Notes under the pieces: model-generated
What the model was told of the DNA's origin: nothing
The model's database searches: none
What the model saw: the letters and a program-made list of their open reading frames with translations, nothing else
Made by a program: the position numbers and the translations under genes
Origin: Patescibacteria group bacterium
GTDB lineage: Bacteria > Patescibacteriota > Microgenomatia > UBA10105 > UBA927
Length of the DNA: 64,000 nucleotides
Assembly (NCBI GenBank): GCA_041753515.1
Contig: JBGSUE010000045.1
Span: 2,027-66,026 of the forward strand
Reading direction: 5' to 3'
Shown: piece by piece, positions 29,588-41,949 of the stretch
Layout of the letters: every line of letters starts with the position of its first letter
Numbering within the stretch: position 1 is the first letter of the stretch

Positions 29588-30552
29588 ACTGGAAAATAGC
29601 TACAAAAGATGTGAATCCAAACGATCCTAAAATAAAACAACTCTTTGATGAGGCTGTGGATGCTGCGCCTGCTGGTTATATAAAGGCAGATGCTTCGGGT
29701 AAGAATGTCGCAGAAGATACTGTTTCCATGCTTCCCAGAAAGCCAATAAAAGGAAAGTGTCGGTTATGCGGAGAAATTAGAGATTTGACGAAGGAGCATA
29801 TTCCTCCTAAATCGAGTGGAAACAAGAAAAGGCATACAACCCTTACATTTGACGATTGGTTGAGAGACAAATTAGAAGATAACCAAGAAGCAAAGCATAC
29901 TGTTGAGCAAGGTGGTATTTTCGGCTATACCTTATGCAGAAGCTGTAACTCCCTAACGGGCAACCTGTATGGCAATGAGTACAAGAAGTGGGTGGAATTG
30001 GCTAAGAAAAAAATAGATGGCTTCGGAAATGGGATAGTTCCGAAGCTGGACAGTTTAACTGGACCATTTGGTGAGAACTTCACTTTTGGTAGCAAGGAAG
30101 ATGGATCAGTAAAGCCAGGAGCATTTGTACGTCAGGTATTATCTTGTTTGTGTAGTTTAAGTGGTTCATGGAATCTGGCAGAAAGGTATCCAGCCATTAG
30201 ACGTATTACTTTAGAGCAATCAACTGAGCCACTACCTCAAGGAATGGAATTGGGAATGTTCATTTTCTTCGGGCCACGAGTTCGTGTTCATGGGCCACAG
30301 TTAAAAATAGATGCAAAGACTCTGACTTGGCGATGGGTTCAAGAAATAGCTTATTCTCCTTTTGCCTTCCAGTTTGTAATTGCAAGTAATAATCCACAAC
30401 CAGGCTTGGGATTGCTTATTGATAACTTCACTACGTTAAAACCAGAGACAGAACAGTATTATAGTGGCCTTTTGGAAATGGGGTTTGGATGGAGTCCTTA
30501 TCCAGGTGATTACCGATCACAGACTGCTATACGTGCTTCACGCAAGTCTTAG
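29584..30552 (+). CDS. HNH-endonuclease-domain protein with ~200 aa uncharacterised C-terminal domain
   Basis: GKCRLCGE ... EHIPPKSSGN ... LCRSCNSLTGN matches the CxxC..(D/E)HIxP..GG..N..LCxxCN HNH core. Confidence 0.55.
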   Translation: MNWKIATKDVNPNDPKIKQLFDEAVDAAPAGYIKADASGKNVAEDTVSMLPRKPIKGKCRLCGEIRDLTKEHIPPKSSGNKKRHTTLTFDDWLRDKLEDNQEAKHTVEQGGIFGYTLCRSCNSLTGNLYGNEYKKWVELAKKKIDGFGNGIVPKLDSLTGPFGENFTFGSKEDGSVKPGAFVRQVLSCLCSLSGSWNLAERYPAIRRITLEQSTEPLPQGMELGMFIFFGPRVRVHGPQLKIDAKTLTWRWVQEIAYSPFAFQFVIASNNPQPGLGLLIDNFTTLKPETEQYYSGLLEMGFGWSPYPGDYRSQTAIRASRKS

Positions 30553-31053
30553 ACTATGCAGAGCGAGTCAGTGTGTGCAGTTTGTGAAGTGCTGTTTGGT
30601 GTTGAGTCTCAGTTGAGCAAATGTTTACTTGCAGAGATTTTACTGGAGACAGTGGGTTGTTGAAGATAATTTCCTTCTCTTGATATTTTAGCTGCAGCCT
30701 CGTTCCATGGGTATAGTACTGTTCCAGAAGTTCCTCTACTGTCGGTAATTCTTCTGTTTTCAATTCCTCTTTGAGTAAGGAAACCTTTTTCTTCTTCGCT
30801 GACTCCTGTAACCCAGCCAGTAAATCTGGAAGGTTCATTTTTATTTTGGTATTTCCGTCTTTGTTTTTCATTCATACCTATTCTAACAATTTTTCTGTCT
30901 AAATGGTAATGTCGAAACACAAGAGGATACCTGTCATAGTATTCTTGGGGTATAATATACCTGTCAGGGAGTTCCTGGTAATACTCGTTCTCTGACTAAA
31001 AATATAATCTTCACACTTCCGGCTTATGTGCTGATTTGATATCATAGCTTTTT

Positions 31054-31749
31054 ATGGTTGCCCAATTGACACATACCTTCATCACCTACCTTGATCGCAT
31101 ATCGGACATAATCCCCTTGCCGTGGTTTACGTTTTTCGGATCGATCGTAGAGGAAATCATTGCGCCGATCCCATCACCCGTGGTTATGACCATCGCAGGA
31201 TCTATTGCCGGTGCGCAAAATGAGACACTTCTCTTTGTCTTTTTCATTGCACTGACGGGAGCAGTAGGTAAAACCGCCGCAAGCTATATCATGTATATCC
31301 TTGCAGACAAATTCGAAGATATCGTGCTTTCAAAATTCGGTAAATTTGTCGGAATAACACACGTCCAGATTGAGCAAATCGGTAGCAGGCTCAACAAGGG
31401 GTGGAAAGATGACATCATGCTTATCATATTGCGTGCTGTACCCATTATCCCCAGCGCGCCGGTGTCGCTCCTGTGCGGACTCATCAAAATCAATATGCGC
31501 ACGTTTCTCTCTGCCACGTTCATCGGCACGACGCTGCGCAACCTTTTCTATCTTGCAATCGGTTACACAGGCATCTATGCGACCGAATCACTGATCGTCC
31601 AGCTGGAAAATTTCGAAATTGCAGGATATATCATCATCGGAGTATTTGCAGCAGGCATTGGCGGATATATACTCTTTCAACACAAAAAAGACTTGCTCAT
31701 GGAAAAAATATTCCGTCCGGAAAAAAATAAGGAAAATAACGGTATATAA
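31054..31749 (+). CDS. DedA/VTT-family membrane protein
   Basis: DedA-type N-terminus (LPWFTFFGSIVEEIIAPIPSPVVMTIAG) and multiple TM helices. Confidence 0.8.
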   Translation: MVAQLTHTFITYLDRISDIIPLPWFTFFGSIVEEIIAPIPSPVVMTIAGSIAGAQNETLLFVFFIALTGAVGKTAASYIMYILADKFEDIVLSKFGKFVGITHVQIEQIGSRLNKGWKDDIMLIILRAVPIIPSAPVSLLCGLIKINMRTFLSATFIGTTLRNLFYLAIGYTGIYATESLIVQLENFEIAGYIIIGVFAAGIGGYILFQHKKDLLMEKIFRPEKNKENNGI

Positions 31750-31760
31750 TTCAGTTCACT

Positions 31761-32519
31761 TTACATTGTTTCGTACGATAGTGTGACAGAAACTGTCACT
31801 TCGTTGGTTCCCGGACTTACCTGAGCACCGCCGCCGCTTACTTCCATTGAATCGGTACTGTTTTTTGCATTATAGAGGAGCGGCACCGGGGAACCGCCCA
31901 TATTCTCATTCACATTCACGATTTTCCCCAGCTTCACACCTGCCAAGCGGGCAAGTGACTCCGCTTTTTCTTTCGCTTCAGCAACTGCAGCTTTGCGAGC
32001 CTCATCCATCGTTGTATCGGCAAGCTCATCGGACAATATAAATGACAGTTGTCCGACCTGTTCCAGGCCGTACGTCCCGGCAAGATCAAGGACTGCCGGA
32101 ATATGTTCAAAATTCCGGATACGAACTTGTACGCTTGAGGAAACGACATACCCGGATGGTCTGCCTGTCCTGCTGTCATAATCCGGATAGATGTTGTAAC
32201 CGGTCGTTTTCAGATCCTTTTTGTCGATTCCGATTTTTTCAAGTGCTTCTGAGAGCGTATTCATTGTTTTGTCCGCTTCCTCCTGGACACTTTTAACAGA
32301 CATACCGCTTTTTCTCACTCCCAGCTCCACAAACGCACGGTCCGGGACAACATGGATTTTCCCCTCACCGGTCACATCAAATGTACTGGTCTTGTTTGTT
32401 GATACCTGTGATATATTCAATGGTATCCCACCGGTTACCCGAAAAAACATTCCGGCAACAATTGCTACCATCATAGATCCCACAAAAATTTCAGCATATT
32501 TTTTCATACCTTCCTCCAT
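31761..32519 (-). CDS. SIMPL-domain (DUF541, BP26/OMP28-like) protein
   Basis: Signal anchor plus characteristic FDVTGEGKIHVVPDRAFVELGV ... SGYVVSSSVQVRI pattern. Confidence 0.8.
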   Translation of the reverse strand: MEEGMKKYAEIFVGSMMVAIVAGMFFRVTGGIPLNISQVSTNKTSTFDVTGEGKIHVVPDRAFVELGVRKSGMSVKSVQEEADKTMNTLSEALEKIGIDKKDLKTTGYNIYPDYDSRTGRPSGYVVSSSVQVRIRNFEHIPAVLDLAGTYGLEQVGQLSFILSDELADTTMDEARKAAVAEAKEKAESLARLAGVKLGKIVNVNENMGGSPVPLLYNAKNSTDSMEVSGGGAQVSPGTNEVTVSVTLSYETM

Positions 32520-32580
32520 ATATACAGTATATCACGATTTCTCACTTGGTTTTCAGCCCCGCTGCCACTATACTTCATAT

Positions 32581-33318
32581 ATGGAAAAACCCATTACTAC
32601 TCTTTTTATGCTCATGTCGCTCGACGGAAAAATTACGACTGGTGATACGGACGAACTGGATGTAGACATAGACTTTCCCAGAATATCGGGCATAAAAGAA
32701 GGGCTCCATCAATATTATGAACTGGAAAAACAAACGGACCTCTACTCCCTTAATACCGGTCGGGTCATGGCAAAAATCGGAGTCAATACACGAATGAATG
32801 AACCTGATAAAATAGGATGCAGTTTTATTATCATTGATTCAAAACCACATCTGACATACAAAGGCACAGAATACATGGCAAAATGGGTTAAAAAACTCTA
32901 CTTGGCTACGGCAAACAAAAAACACCCGGCATACACACTTCAGAAATCACGAAATAATATTGAAATTATTCCTTTCGAAAAATCTGTTCATCTTGAAAAG
33001 CTGCTTATTGCATTGAAAAGCCGTTATGGAATTGAAAGGCTTACGATCCAATCAGGCGGCAAGATAAATTCGTCATGGATCAGGCAAGGTCTTATTGATT
33101 TTATTTCCATAGTGGTAGCTCCATGCCTGATCGGAGGATCAGATACACAAAGCCTGATGGGCGGAACATCACTTCATACTCAAAAAGATCTCGCACTGAT
33201 TCGGACACTGGAACTCGTTTCAAACACAACTCTGAAAAATTCTTATATTCATTTACTTTATAAAGTGCATCCGGAAACACGAGTTGAGGAAAATAGAGAA
33301 AAATACATTAAGAGGTAA
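32581..33318 (+). CDS. RibD C-terminal-domain / dihydrofolate-reductase-like reductase
   Basis: MEKPITTLFMLMSLDGKITTG start and VVAPCLIGG motif; the ORF-track 5' extension overlaps the SIMPL gene and was trimmed. Confidence 0.7.
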   Translation: MEKPITTLFMLMSLDGKITTGDTDELDVDIDFPRISGIKEGLHQYYELEKQTDLYSLNTGRVMAKIGVNTRMNEPDKIGCSFIIIDSKPHLTYKGTEYMAKWVKKLYLATANKKHPAYTLQKSRNNIEIIPFEKSVHLEKLLIALKSRYGIERLTIQSGGKINSSWIRQGLIDFISIVVAPCLIGGSDTQSLMGGTSLHTQKDLALIRTLELVSNTTLKNSYIHLLYKVHPETRVEENREKYIKR

Positions 33319-33325
33319 ATAACAA

Positions 33326-33979
33326 ATGGATAAAAAAGTAAACGTACGTGAAATTATCAGACGTCTATATACGGCATTCCCGGAACCGAAGTGTGAACTG
33401 CATTTCACCACGCCGTTTGAGCTTCTTGCGGCAACGATTTTGTCTGCGCAGGCAACGGATAAAAAAGTCAATGAAATCACTCCTTCCCTTTTTCACACAT
33501 TCCCGACAATAGCCGATTATGCACATGCATCACCTGGCGAAATTGATAGATATGTAAATAAAGTACTATTTCACAACAACAAATCAAAACATATCCATCT
33601 TGCCGCCCTCAAAATCATGAATGAATATGATGGCCGCGTCCCGGACTCTATGGAAAAACTCCTGACGCTTGCGGGAGTTGCCCGAAAAACCGCCAATGTC
33701 ATTTTGGGGACAGTATTCAATAAGGCCGAAGGCATCGTGGTAGATACCCACATGATCAGACTCGCCAATAAACTCGGACTGACCGCACACAAAGATCCGG
33801 TCAAAATTGAACAGGATCTCATGAAAATTGTCCCACGAGATAAATGGATTGATTTCGGACATCTCATCACGCTACACGGCAGGTACCAATGCCCCGCCAA
33901 ACCACACGACTGTACGGAGTGCGTATTGGATGATCTCTGCCCTGAGTACAGCCAATGGAATAAAGTTAGGCCTCTGTGA
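33326..33979 (+). CDS. nth: endonuclease III
   Basis: Hh[20 protein letters not shown], catalytic Asp region, 4Fe-4S cluster [17 protein letters not shown]. Confidence 0.9.
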   Translation: MDKKVNVREIIRRLYTAFPEPKCELHFTTPFELLAATILSAQATDKKVNEITPSLFHTFPTIADYAHASPGEIDRYVNKVLFHNNKSKHIHLAALKIMNEYDGRVPDSMEKLLTLAGVARKTANVILGTVFNKAEGIVVDTHMIRLANKLGLTAHKDPVKIEQDLMKIVPRDKWIDFGHLITLHGRYQCPAKPHDCTECVLDDLCPEYSQWNKVRPL

Positions 33980-34355
33980 TTTTGCTTGCAGCTTTACCTG
34001 TCCTGGCCCGAAGATAATACAGTTTTGCTCTGCGCACTTTTCCGTACTTTTTTACGTCGATTTTTTTGATCCAGGGGGAATTCAATGGGAAAATTCTCTC
34101 TATACCGATTCCTCCGGTACCGATTCTTCTCACTGTCATCATTTTGTTTGTTCCGATACCTTTGAGACCAATCAGAATCCCTTCAAATACCTGAATACGT
34201 TCCCTGACTTCTTCCTTGACTTCCCTTTTCGTCTTACCGGCAACTTTCTCTTTTTCTATCAGCCGGTAATGAACACGAAGCGTATCACCGACATGAATCG
34301 TGACATCGTTTTTCTTTTCAGGATCAGTACCGGTCCAAACAACGCTCAGTGCCAT
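33966..34355 (-). CDS. rplS: 50S ribosomal protein L19
   Basis: [38 protein letters not shown] typical L19. Confidence 0.9.
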   Translation of the reverse strand: MALSVVWTGTDPEKKNDVTIHVGDTLRVHYRLIEKEKVAGKTKREVKEEVRERIQVFEGILIGLKGIGTNKMMTVRRIGTGGIGIERIFPLNSPWIKKIDVKKYGKVRRAKLYYLRARTGKAASKITEA

Positions 34356-34376
34356 AATAAGCGATTATACCAATAA

Positions 34377-36029
34377 TTACATTTTCGAACAAGCACGAAT
34401 GAATGCCATAAATATGGGATGGGGCTCAAGAGGCCGAGAACGGTATTCGGGATGATATTGTGTTCCTATAAAAAACGGATGGACTGACACTGGAAGTTCA
34501 ACGATTTCAACCAGATTTTCCAAAACTGATTTTCCCGAGATTATCAACCCCTTTGCCTCAATCTGTTTTTCATATGCATTATTGAATTCGTACCGGTGCC
34601 GGTGCCGTTCCCATACGGTTTTCGCGGAATGACCATCATATCCTTTATATACCGTATAAATGTTATCTGCGAGTGTTCCGTCTTTTACCCTGCATTCCCA
34701 GCGGCCCAAACGCATCGTCCCACCATACGCCCTGCGTTTAATCACTTCATCCTGGCCTTCAATCATATGAATGACAGGATGAGCTGTATCTGCATCACAC
34801 TCGACTGTATGGGCACCGGCAAGTCCCACGACATTGCGGGCATACTCAACAACTGCAAGCTGCATTCCATAACACAACCCCAAATACGGCACTTTTTTCT
34901 CACGGGCATACCGGATTGCCTCAATTTTTCCTTCAACTCCCCGCGGTCCCCATCCGATCGGTACGACAATACCGTCGATATGTGAAAGCTCTGCCGTAGT
35001 GCCTTTTTCAAGCTGTTCCGCCTGAATCCATTTCGTTGTCACATGAACACCTTTTGCCCACGCCGCATGATCAATGGCGTCCATTAGTGCTGCATAACTA
35101 TCCCGAAGCTGATATTCGCCTGTCGCAAAATATTTACCTACAATGGCAATCGTTGCCTTTTTTGTTTTTTTTGCTTTCACTGTCGAAATCATCTTTTTCC
35201 AGTGAGTCAGATCGAGTGAATTGTGAGGCAAACCGAACATATCAAGAATCATTTCATCAACATGCTGACTCGAAAGAGTTATCGGTGTTTCATACGGACT
35301 CTCGGCATCTACATTGGATATGATATGTTCAGGATCTACGTTACAGAAAAGCGCAAACCGTGCACGACGCCGCTCGTCCACGGGTTTTTCCGCGCGGGCG
35401 ACAATGAAATCCGGCTGAATCCCCATCGAATGAAGTGTTTTCACGGAAAGTTGCGTCGGTTTCGTTTTGGGCTCACCTAAATGCTGTGGGGTTGGAAGGT
35501 ACGAAACATGAACATGTATTACGTTCGATTTTTTATCCAGTGACAGTATCCGCGACGCTTCGTAATACAAAACATTCTGGTATTCTCCTGCAGTACCGCC
35601 AAGCTCTACGATGATGATATCAGCATGGTCCTGTTCTCCGGCTTCGCGGATCCTTATGATAATCTCATCCGTCACATGAGGAATTGCTTCAACATCCTCA
35701 CCGTTGTACCCAAAATTGCGCTCCCGGTCAATGACTGTCTTATAAATCTGACCGAGCGTTATAAAATTTCTCCGGTACATGTTTTTGCCCAGAAATTTCT
35801 CATACGTTCCCATATCCATATCCGCTTCAGTCCCGTCATCCATGAGGAATGGGTCTCCATGCTCAACCGGATTAATGAGACCGGCATCGATGTTGAGGTA
35901 ATTTTCGCATTTGACTGTGGCGATGTTGTATCCGCGGTTTTGAAGAAGGAGTGCGATTGCTGCCGTGGTATTCCCTTTTCCAATACCGGAAATGACGCCA
36001 CCCGAGACAAATATAAAGTGCTTTACCAT
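34377..36029 (-). CDS. pyrG: CTP synthase
   Basis: N-terminal FVSGGVISGIGKGNTTAAIALLL and GATase GLCYGMQ. Confidence 0.95.
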   Translation of the reverse strand: MVKHFIFVSGGVISGIGKGNTTAAIALLLQNRGYNIATVKCENYLNIDAGLINPVEHGDPFLMDDGTEADMDMGTYEKFLGKNMYRRNFITLGQIYKTVIDRERNFGYNGEDVEAIPHVTDEIIIRIREAGEQDHADIIIVELGGTAGEYQNVLYYEASRILSLDKKSNVIHVHVSYLPTPQHLGEPKTKPTQLSVKTLHSMGIQPDFIVARAEKPVDERRRARFALFCNVDPEHIISNVDAESPYETPITLSSQHVDEMILDMFGLPHNSLDLTHWKKMISTVKAKKTKKATIAIVGKYFATGEYQLRDSYAALMDAIDHAAWAKGVHVTTKWIQAEQLEKGTTAELSHIDGIVVPIGWGPRGVEGKIEAIRYAREKKVPYLGLCYGMQLAVVEYARNVVGLAGAHTVECDADTAHPVIHMIEGQDEVIKRRAYGGTMRLGRWECRVKDGTLADNIYTVYKGYDGHSAKTVWERHRHRYEFNNAYEKQIEAKGLIISGKSVLENLVEIVELPVSVHPFFIGTQYHPEYRSRPLEPHPIFMAFIRACSKM

Positions 36030-36038
36030 AAATAATCC

Positions 36039-36503
36039 TTATTTCTTAAACGTCCCGGAGAGTCTTTTTTTAAACAATGCATAGAAAATATCACCTTTCG
36101 TCAGTATTCCGATGACCTTATTTTTTTCATCAAGAACCGGCAACTGATCGACATGACGCACGATCATACGCGACAGAGCGCGCATCACTTCGGTTGACTC
36201 CCGTGTAAAAACAACCCGCCTGCACATAATATCTTCAGCATATTTATCTCCGAGGCTGCGGACTTTCTTTTCCATTTCCTCAAAATCTGATGCAGCCTCA
36301 AAATCCGTGATATATTCATCAAATTTCGGATACAATTGGGATAGGAGGTCCTCTTTGGCAATAATTCCCTGAAGAATACTCCGTTTATCAACAACAGGCA
36401 CAGCGTTTACTTTTTTTGAGAATATCAGTTTCCAGAGGTCACGGATGTGAGTATGGGGAGGAACTGTCGATAATTTTTTATTCATCACATCACGTACTTT
36501 CAT
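36039..36503 (-). CDS. CBS-domain pair protein
   Basis: Two CBS motifs (VPVVDKRSILQGII, LPVLDEKNKVIGILT). Confidence 0.8.
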   Translation of the reverse strand: MKVRDVMNKKLSTVPPHTHIRDLWKLIFSKKVNAVPVVDKRSILQGIIAKEDLLSQLYPKFDEYITDFEAASDFEEMEKKVRSLGDKYAEDIMCRRVVFTRESTEVMRALSRMIVRHVDQLPVLDEKNKVIGILTKGDIFYALFKKRLSGTFKK

Positions 36504-36536
36504 ATGATTTTGTTTGAGTTTAGTATGATCTGCCTC

Positions 36537-36962
36537 TCATGTCAACGAAGTATGTTTCCTCTGTTTATGCCTCAATACCTTAAATTCCAGTATGCTGCGC
36601 CGCAAAACAGCTTGCGCAGCGGCAAATTCTGCGTCACTGACCTTACGCGACAAAATTTCTTTCGCTTTTTCCTGGGCTTTTCGGATTTCAGTCTCATTAA
36701 TCTCTTCTGCATGAACCGCACGGGATACAAGAACGGTTGTTTTGTCTCCGGAAACCTGCAAAAATCCGCCGCCTATTGCTAAAAGCATTTCTTTCTTTCC
36801 ATCGTTTATTGCCAGCTCGCCATCCGTCAGCGAACAGAACAGAGGCTCATGGTTTTTCAAAATTTGTATCTGCCCCATGTCAGAGGGTACGGACACGGAT
36901 ATAACATCTTGAGCATATGCTTGTCTGACCGGCGTAATAATCTCAAGTTTAAATGTGTGCAT
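36537..36962 (-). CDS. atpC: ATP synthase F1 epsilon subunit
   Basis: LEIITPVRQAY...QILKNHEPLFCSL pattern; position in the operon. Confidence 0.9.
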   Translation of the reverse strand: MHTFKLEIITPVRQAYAQDVISVSVPSDMGQIQILKNHEPLFCSLTDGELAINDGKKEMLLAIGGGFLQVSGDKTTVLVSRAVHAEEINETEIRKAQEKAKEILSRKVSDAEFAAAQAVLRRSILEFKVLRHKQRKHTSLT

Positions 36963-36990
36963 AATTCGTAATTCTTAATTCGTAATTCAT
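36961..36990. repeat. tandem 14-mer (T/A)TAATTCGTAATTC x2 between atpC and atpD
   Basis: CATAATTCGTAATTC TTAATTCGTAATTC read directly. Confidence 0.4.
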
Positions 36991-36993
36991 AAT

Positions 36994-39271
<2,278 letters not shown>

Positions 39272-39274
39272 ACA

Positions 39275-40801
39275 TCATGTGTTCGCTGTATCTGTACTAA
39301 ATATGTCCAAAAATTCTTTCACTGCTTTGATAAACGACGATTCTACCTCCTCACTCAATACTTTTTCCTTTGAAAGCATTTCAAGAGTCTTTGCATATGA
39401 TCGCTTCAGGAAATCCACGTACTCTTTCTCAAATTCCCGGATGCGGTCAACCGGCACTGAATCCATATACCCGTTTGTTCCAGCCCATACCACAGCAATT
39501 TGTTCCTCCACAGGCATTGGCTCGAATTGCGCCTGTTTGAGAAGCTCCACCATGCGGCTTCCGCGCTCGATCTGTTTTTTCGTCGCATCATCCACATCTG
39601 TGGCAAATTGGGTAAATGCTGCCAATTCCCTGTACTGGACGAGGTCAAGTTTCAGCCGGCCGACAACCTTTTTCATGGCTTTATTTTGTGCGGTACTTCC
39701 CACACGTGATACGGAAATGCCGACACTGAGCGCTGGACGCTGTCCTGCGTAGAAAAGATCCGATTCAAGATACAATTGTCCGTCCGTTATTGATATGACA
39801 TTTGTTGGAATATATGCCGATACATCTCCGGCAAGAGTTTCAATAATGGGTAATGCTGTAATGGATCCGCCACCATATTTTTTATCAAGTCGGCAGGCAC
39901 GCTCCAGAAGCCGCGAATGAAGATAAAAAACGTCTCCGGGATACGCTTCCCTGCCGCTTGGACGTTTTAAAATGAGTGAAATCTGACGGTATGCCCATGC
40001 GTGTTTTGACAGGTCATCATACACAATGAGCACATCACGGCCTTTATCCATGAAGTATTCGGCAATGGCACAGCCTGCATACGGAGCGATATACTGATAT
40101 GCTGCAGGATCGTTCGCGGAGGCTGCAACGACAATGGAATAGGGCAGTGCCTTGAATTTGTTCAGGTGTGCCACAACCTGTGCAATACGTGACGTTTTCT
40201 GCCCGATGGCAACGTAAATACAGATAACATTTTCTTTTTTCTGGTTGATGATAGTATCAATGGCAATAGCCGTCTTTCCGGTGTTGCGGTCTCCGATAAT
40301 CAGTTCCCTCTGTCCCCGTCCGATCGGAATCATTGTGTCGATCGCTTTTATGCCGGTCTGCAGCGGAACGCTGACCGGATGCCGGTACACCACGCTGGGG
40401 GCGATTTTTTCCAGTGGATACCGTGTTTTTGCATCGATTTTTTTCCCTCCGTCAATAACATCCCCCATAGGATTAATGACACGTCCCACAAGTGAATCAG
40501 CAACAGGTACTGATAAGAGATCACCTGTTTTCTTCACTTCATGACCTTCCGATATTCCAATATATTCACCCAAAACTATGACACCGATGGACTCCTCTTC
40601 CAGATTGATTGCCACTCCCTTCACTCCGTTTTGAAACTGGACAATTTCAAGATATGCACAGTCAGGAAGTCCGCTGACTTTCACTACACCATCCGTAACG
40701 GACAGAACCTTTCCAACGTGTTTGCCGTGCATGTCCGGCTCATATTTTTTCATTCTTTTGATAAGTTCCGTTGCTAATGTGTCTGTCAGTATGTGTTTCA
40801 T
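39275..40801 (-). CDS. atpA: ATP synthase F1 alpha subunit
   Basis: [19 protein letters not shown] Walker A, 508 aa. Confidence 0.95.
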   Translation of the reverse strand: MKHILTDTLATELIKRMKKYEPDMHGKHVGKVLSVTDGVVKVSGLPDCAYLEIVQFQNGVKGVAINLEEESIGVIVLGEYIGISEGHEVKKTGDLLSVPVADSLVGRVINPMGDVIDGGKKIDAKTRYPLEKIAPSVVYRHPVSVPLQTGIKAIDTMIPIGRGQRELIIGDRNTGKTAIAIDTIINQKKENVICIYVAIGQKTSRIAQVVAHLNKFKALPYSIVVAASANDPAAYQYIAPYAGCAIAEYFMDKGRDVLIVYDDLSKHAWAYRQISLILKRPSGREAYPGDVFYLHSRLLERACRLDKKYGGGSITALPIIETLAGDVSAYIPTNVISITDGQLYLESDLFYAGQRPALSVGISVSRVGSTAQNKAMKKVVGRLKLDLVQYRELAAFTQFATDVDDATKKQIERGSRMVELLKQAQFEPMPVEEQIAVVWAGTNGYMDSVPVDRIREFEKEYVDFLKRSYAKTLEMLSKEKVLSEEVESSFIKAVKEFLDIFSTDTANT

Positions 40802-41154
40802 AGTGCAATCAGCGAAGATTTCAGATTATCCAACTGGGTTTTGAGGGTTGTATCTAAAACCCAATCATCAACCGATATCCGCATGCCTCCCATAAGATTG
40901 TTTTTTACACTGGTTTCAATGTCTATCGTCCGTGAGAACTTATGCTCGACTGCATTTTTAATGACGCTAATCTGCACATCCGATAAGGGAACTGCAGATT
41001 CAATTCGGCATACATTTTTCCGCGATGCATCACGCCCTACTTTTTCCAGCAGTGTCCGGACTTTGCGGCGTACAGCAGTTTCACGCGTATTTCCTTCCAC
41101 ATATGCCATCATCTCATCAACAATCTGTTTTGTTTGTGCATCATTTGTACCCAT
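40798..41154 (-). CDS. atpH: ATP synthase delta (OSCP) subunit, short form
   Basis: C-terminal [32 protein letters not shown] matches the OSCP C-terminus; only 118 aa; ATGA overlap with atpA. Confidence 0.75.
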   Translation of the reverse strand: MGTNDAQTKQIVDEMMAYVEGNTRETAVRRKVRTLLEKVGRDASRKNVCRIESAVPLSDVQISVIKNAVEHKFSRTIDIETSVKNNLMGGMRISVDDWVLDTTLKTQLDNLKSSLIAL

Positions 41155-41162
41155 ATGAAATA

Positions 41163-41660
41163 TTATGCATGCAGTGTTTTCAATTTTTGAATATGTTTAT
41201 TAATGAGTGTTTGCTGATCTTTGGCAGACAAAATCTGGCTTGTCAGCTGTTTCGTCATTTCTACAGCAAGCGTTACTGCTTCACTTTTCACGCGTGCTGC
41301 CATCCTTAAGTATTGCGCATCGGCTTCCTCCCTGGCTTTTACAAGTATCCGCTCAGCCTCCTTATGGGCATCTGCCAGTATCAACCGTTCCTGCTCCAAT
41401 GCGTCTTTTTTCGCATTCTCCATGAGGAATTTTGCGTCTTTTCTGGATGCTTCATTGTACGCACGCCGTTTTTCCTGCATTTTTTCATCTTCCTTCCTCA
41501 TCTTTTCCGTAAGTTCCAATCCTTCAGTGATTTCCAACTTCCTCTTTTCCAGCATGGAAAGAATCGGTTTATATAAAACCTTCGATAGCACAAACATGAT
41601 AATACTGAAATTGATAATTTGCGCCAAGAGTAAACTTGGCTCTATTCCTAACTGCTCCAT
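41163..41660 (-). CDS. atpF: ATP synthase Fo b subunit
   Basis: N-terminal TM then long charged helix. Confidence 0.85.
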   Translation of the reverse strand: MEQLGIEPSLLLAQIINFSIIMFVLSKVLYKPILSMLEKRKLEITEGLELTEKMRKEDEKMQEKRRAYNEASRKDAKFLMENAKKDALEQERLILADAHKEAERILVKAREEADAQYLRMAARVKSEAVTLAVEMTKQLTSQILSAKDQQTLINKHIQKLKTLHA

Positions 41661-41684
41661 ACGGCTCCTTTTTCAAACTCGTTC

Positions 41685-41912
41685 TTATACAAATTTAATG
41701 ATCAGGGCAACGACCAAAGCATAAATTCCAATAGCTTCAGCAAAAGCCAAACCCAAAATCATGCTTGTCCTGATATCACTCGCGGCTTCGGGATTTCGTC
41801 CAATAGCCTCCAATCCTTTCGCAGTAAGCAGTCCGATTGAAATTGCCGGTGCAATAGCACCGATTGCAATCGTCAAACCGGTCATTATTATTTTTATAGA
41901 TTCTGCATCCAT
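41685..41912 (-). CDS. atpE: ATP synthase Fo c subunit
   Basis: Two-helix hairpin with the GRNPE loop. Confidence 0.9.
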   Translation of the reverse strand: MDAESIKIIMTGLTIAIGAIAPAISIGLLTAKGLEAIGRNPEAASDIRTSMILGLAFAEAIGIYALVVALIIKFV

Positions 41913-41949
41913 AAACGACAGTCACCTCCCTCTCCACATTATATCGCGA

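Larger units (their letters stand above)
19155..30920. mobile_element. integrated accessory island next to tRNA-Lys (serine recombinase, tyrosine integrase, phage-like and defence-like cargo); right boundary approximate
   Basis: Two recombinase genes, AT-richer than the flanks, gene content unrelated to the housekeeping neighbours; ATACCTGTCA direct repeats at 30935-30966 near the right edge. Confidence 0.5.

Noticed and set aside
30554-30920. Two overlapping ~100-aa minus-strand ORFs at the island's right edge
   Set aside because: They are mutually exclusive frames with no motifs. They are possibly a remnant of a disrupted gene at the integration boundary, and neither can be supported.
32221-32580. 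5' extension of the RibD_C-like ORF
   Set aside because: It overlaps the SIMPL gene on the opposite strand. The conserved protein starts at MEKPITT (32581).
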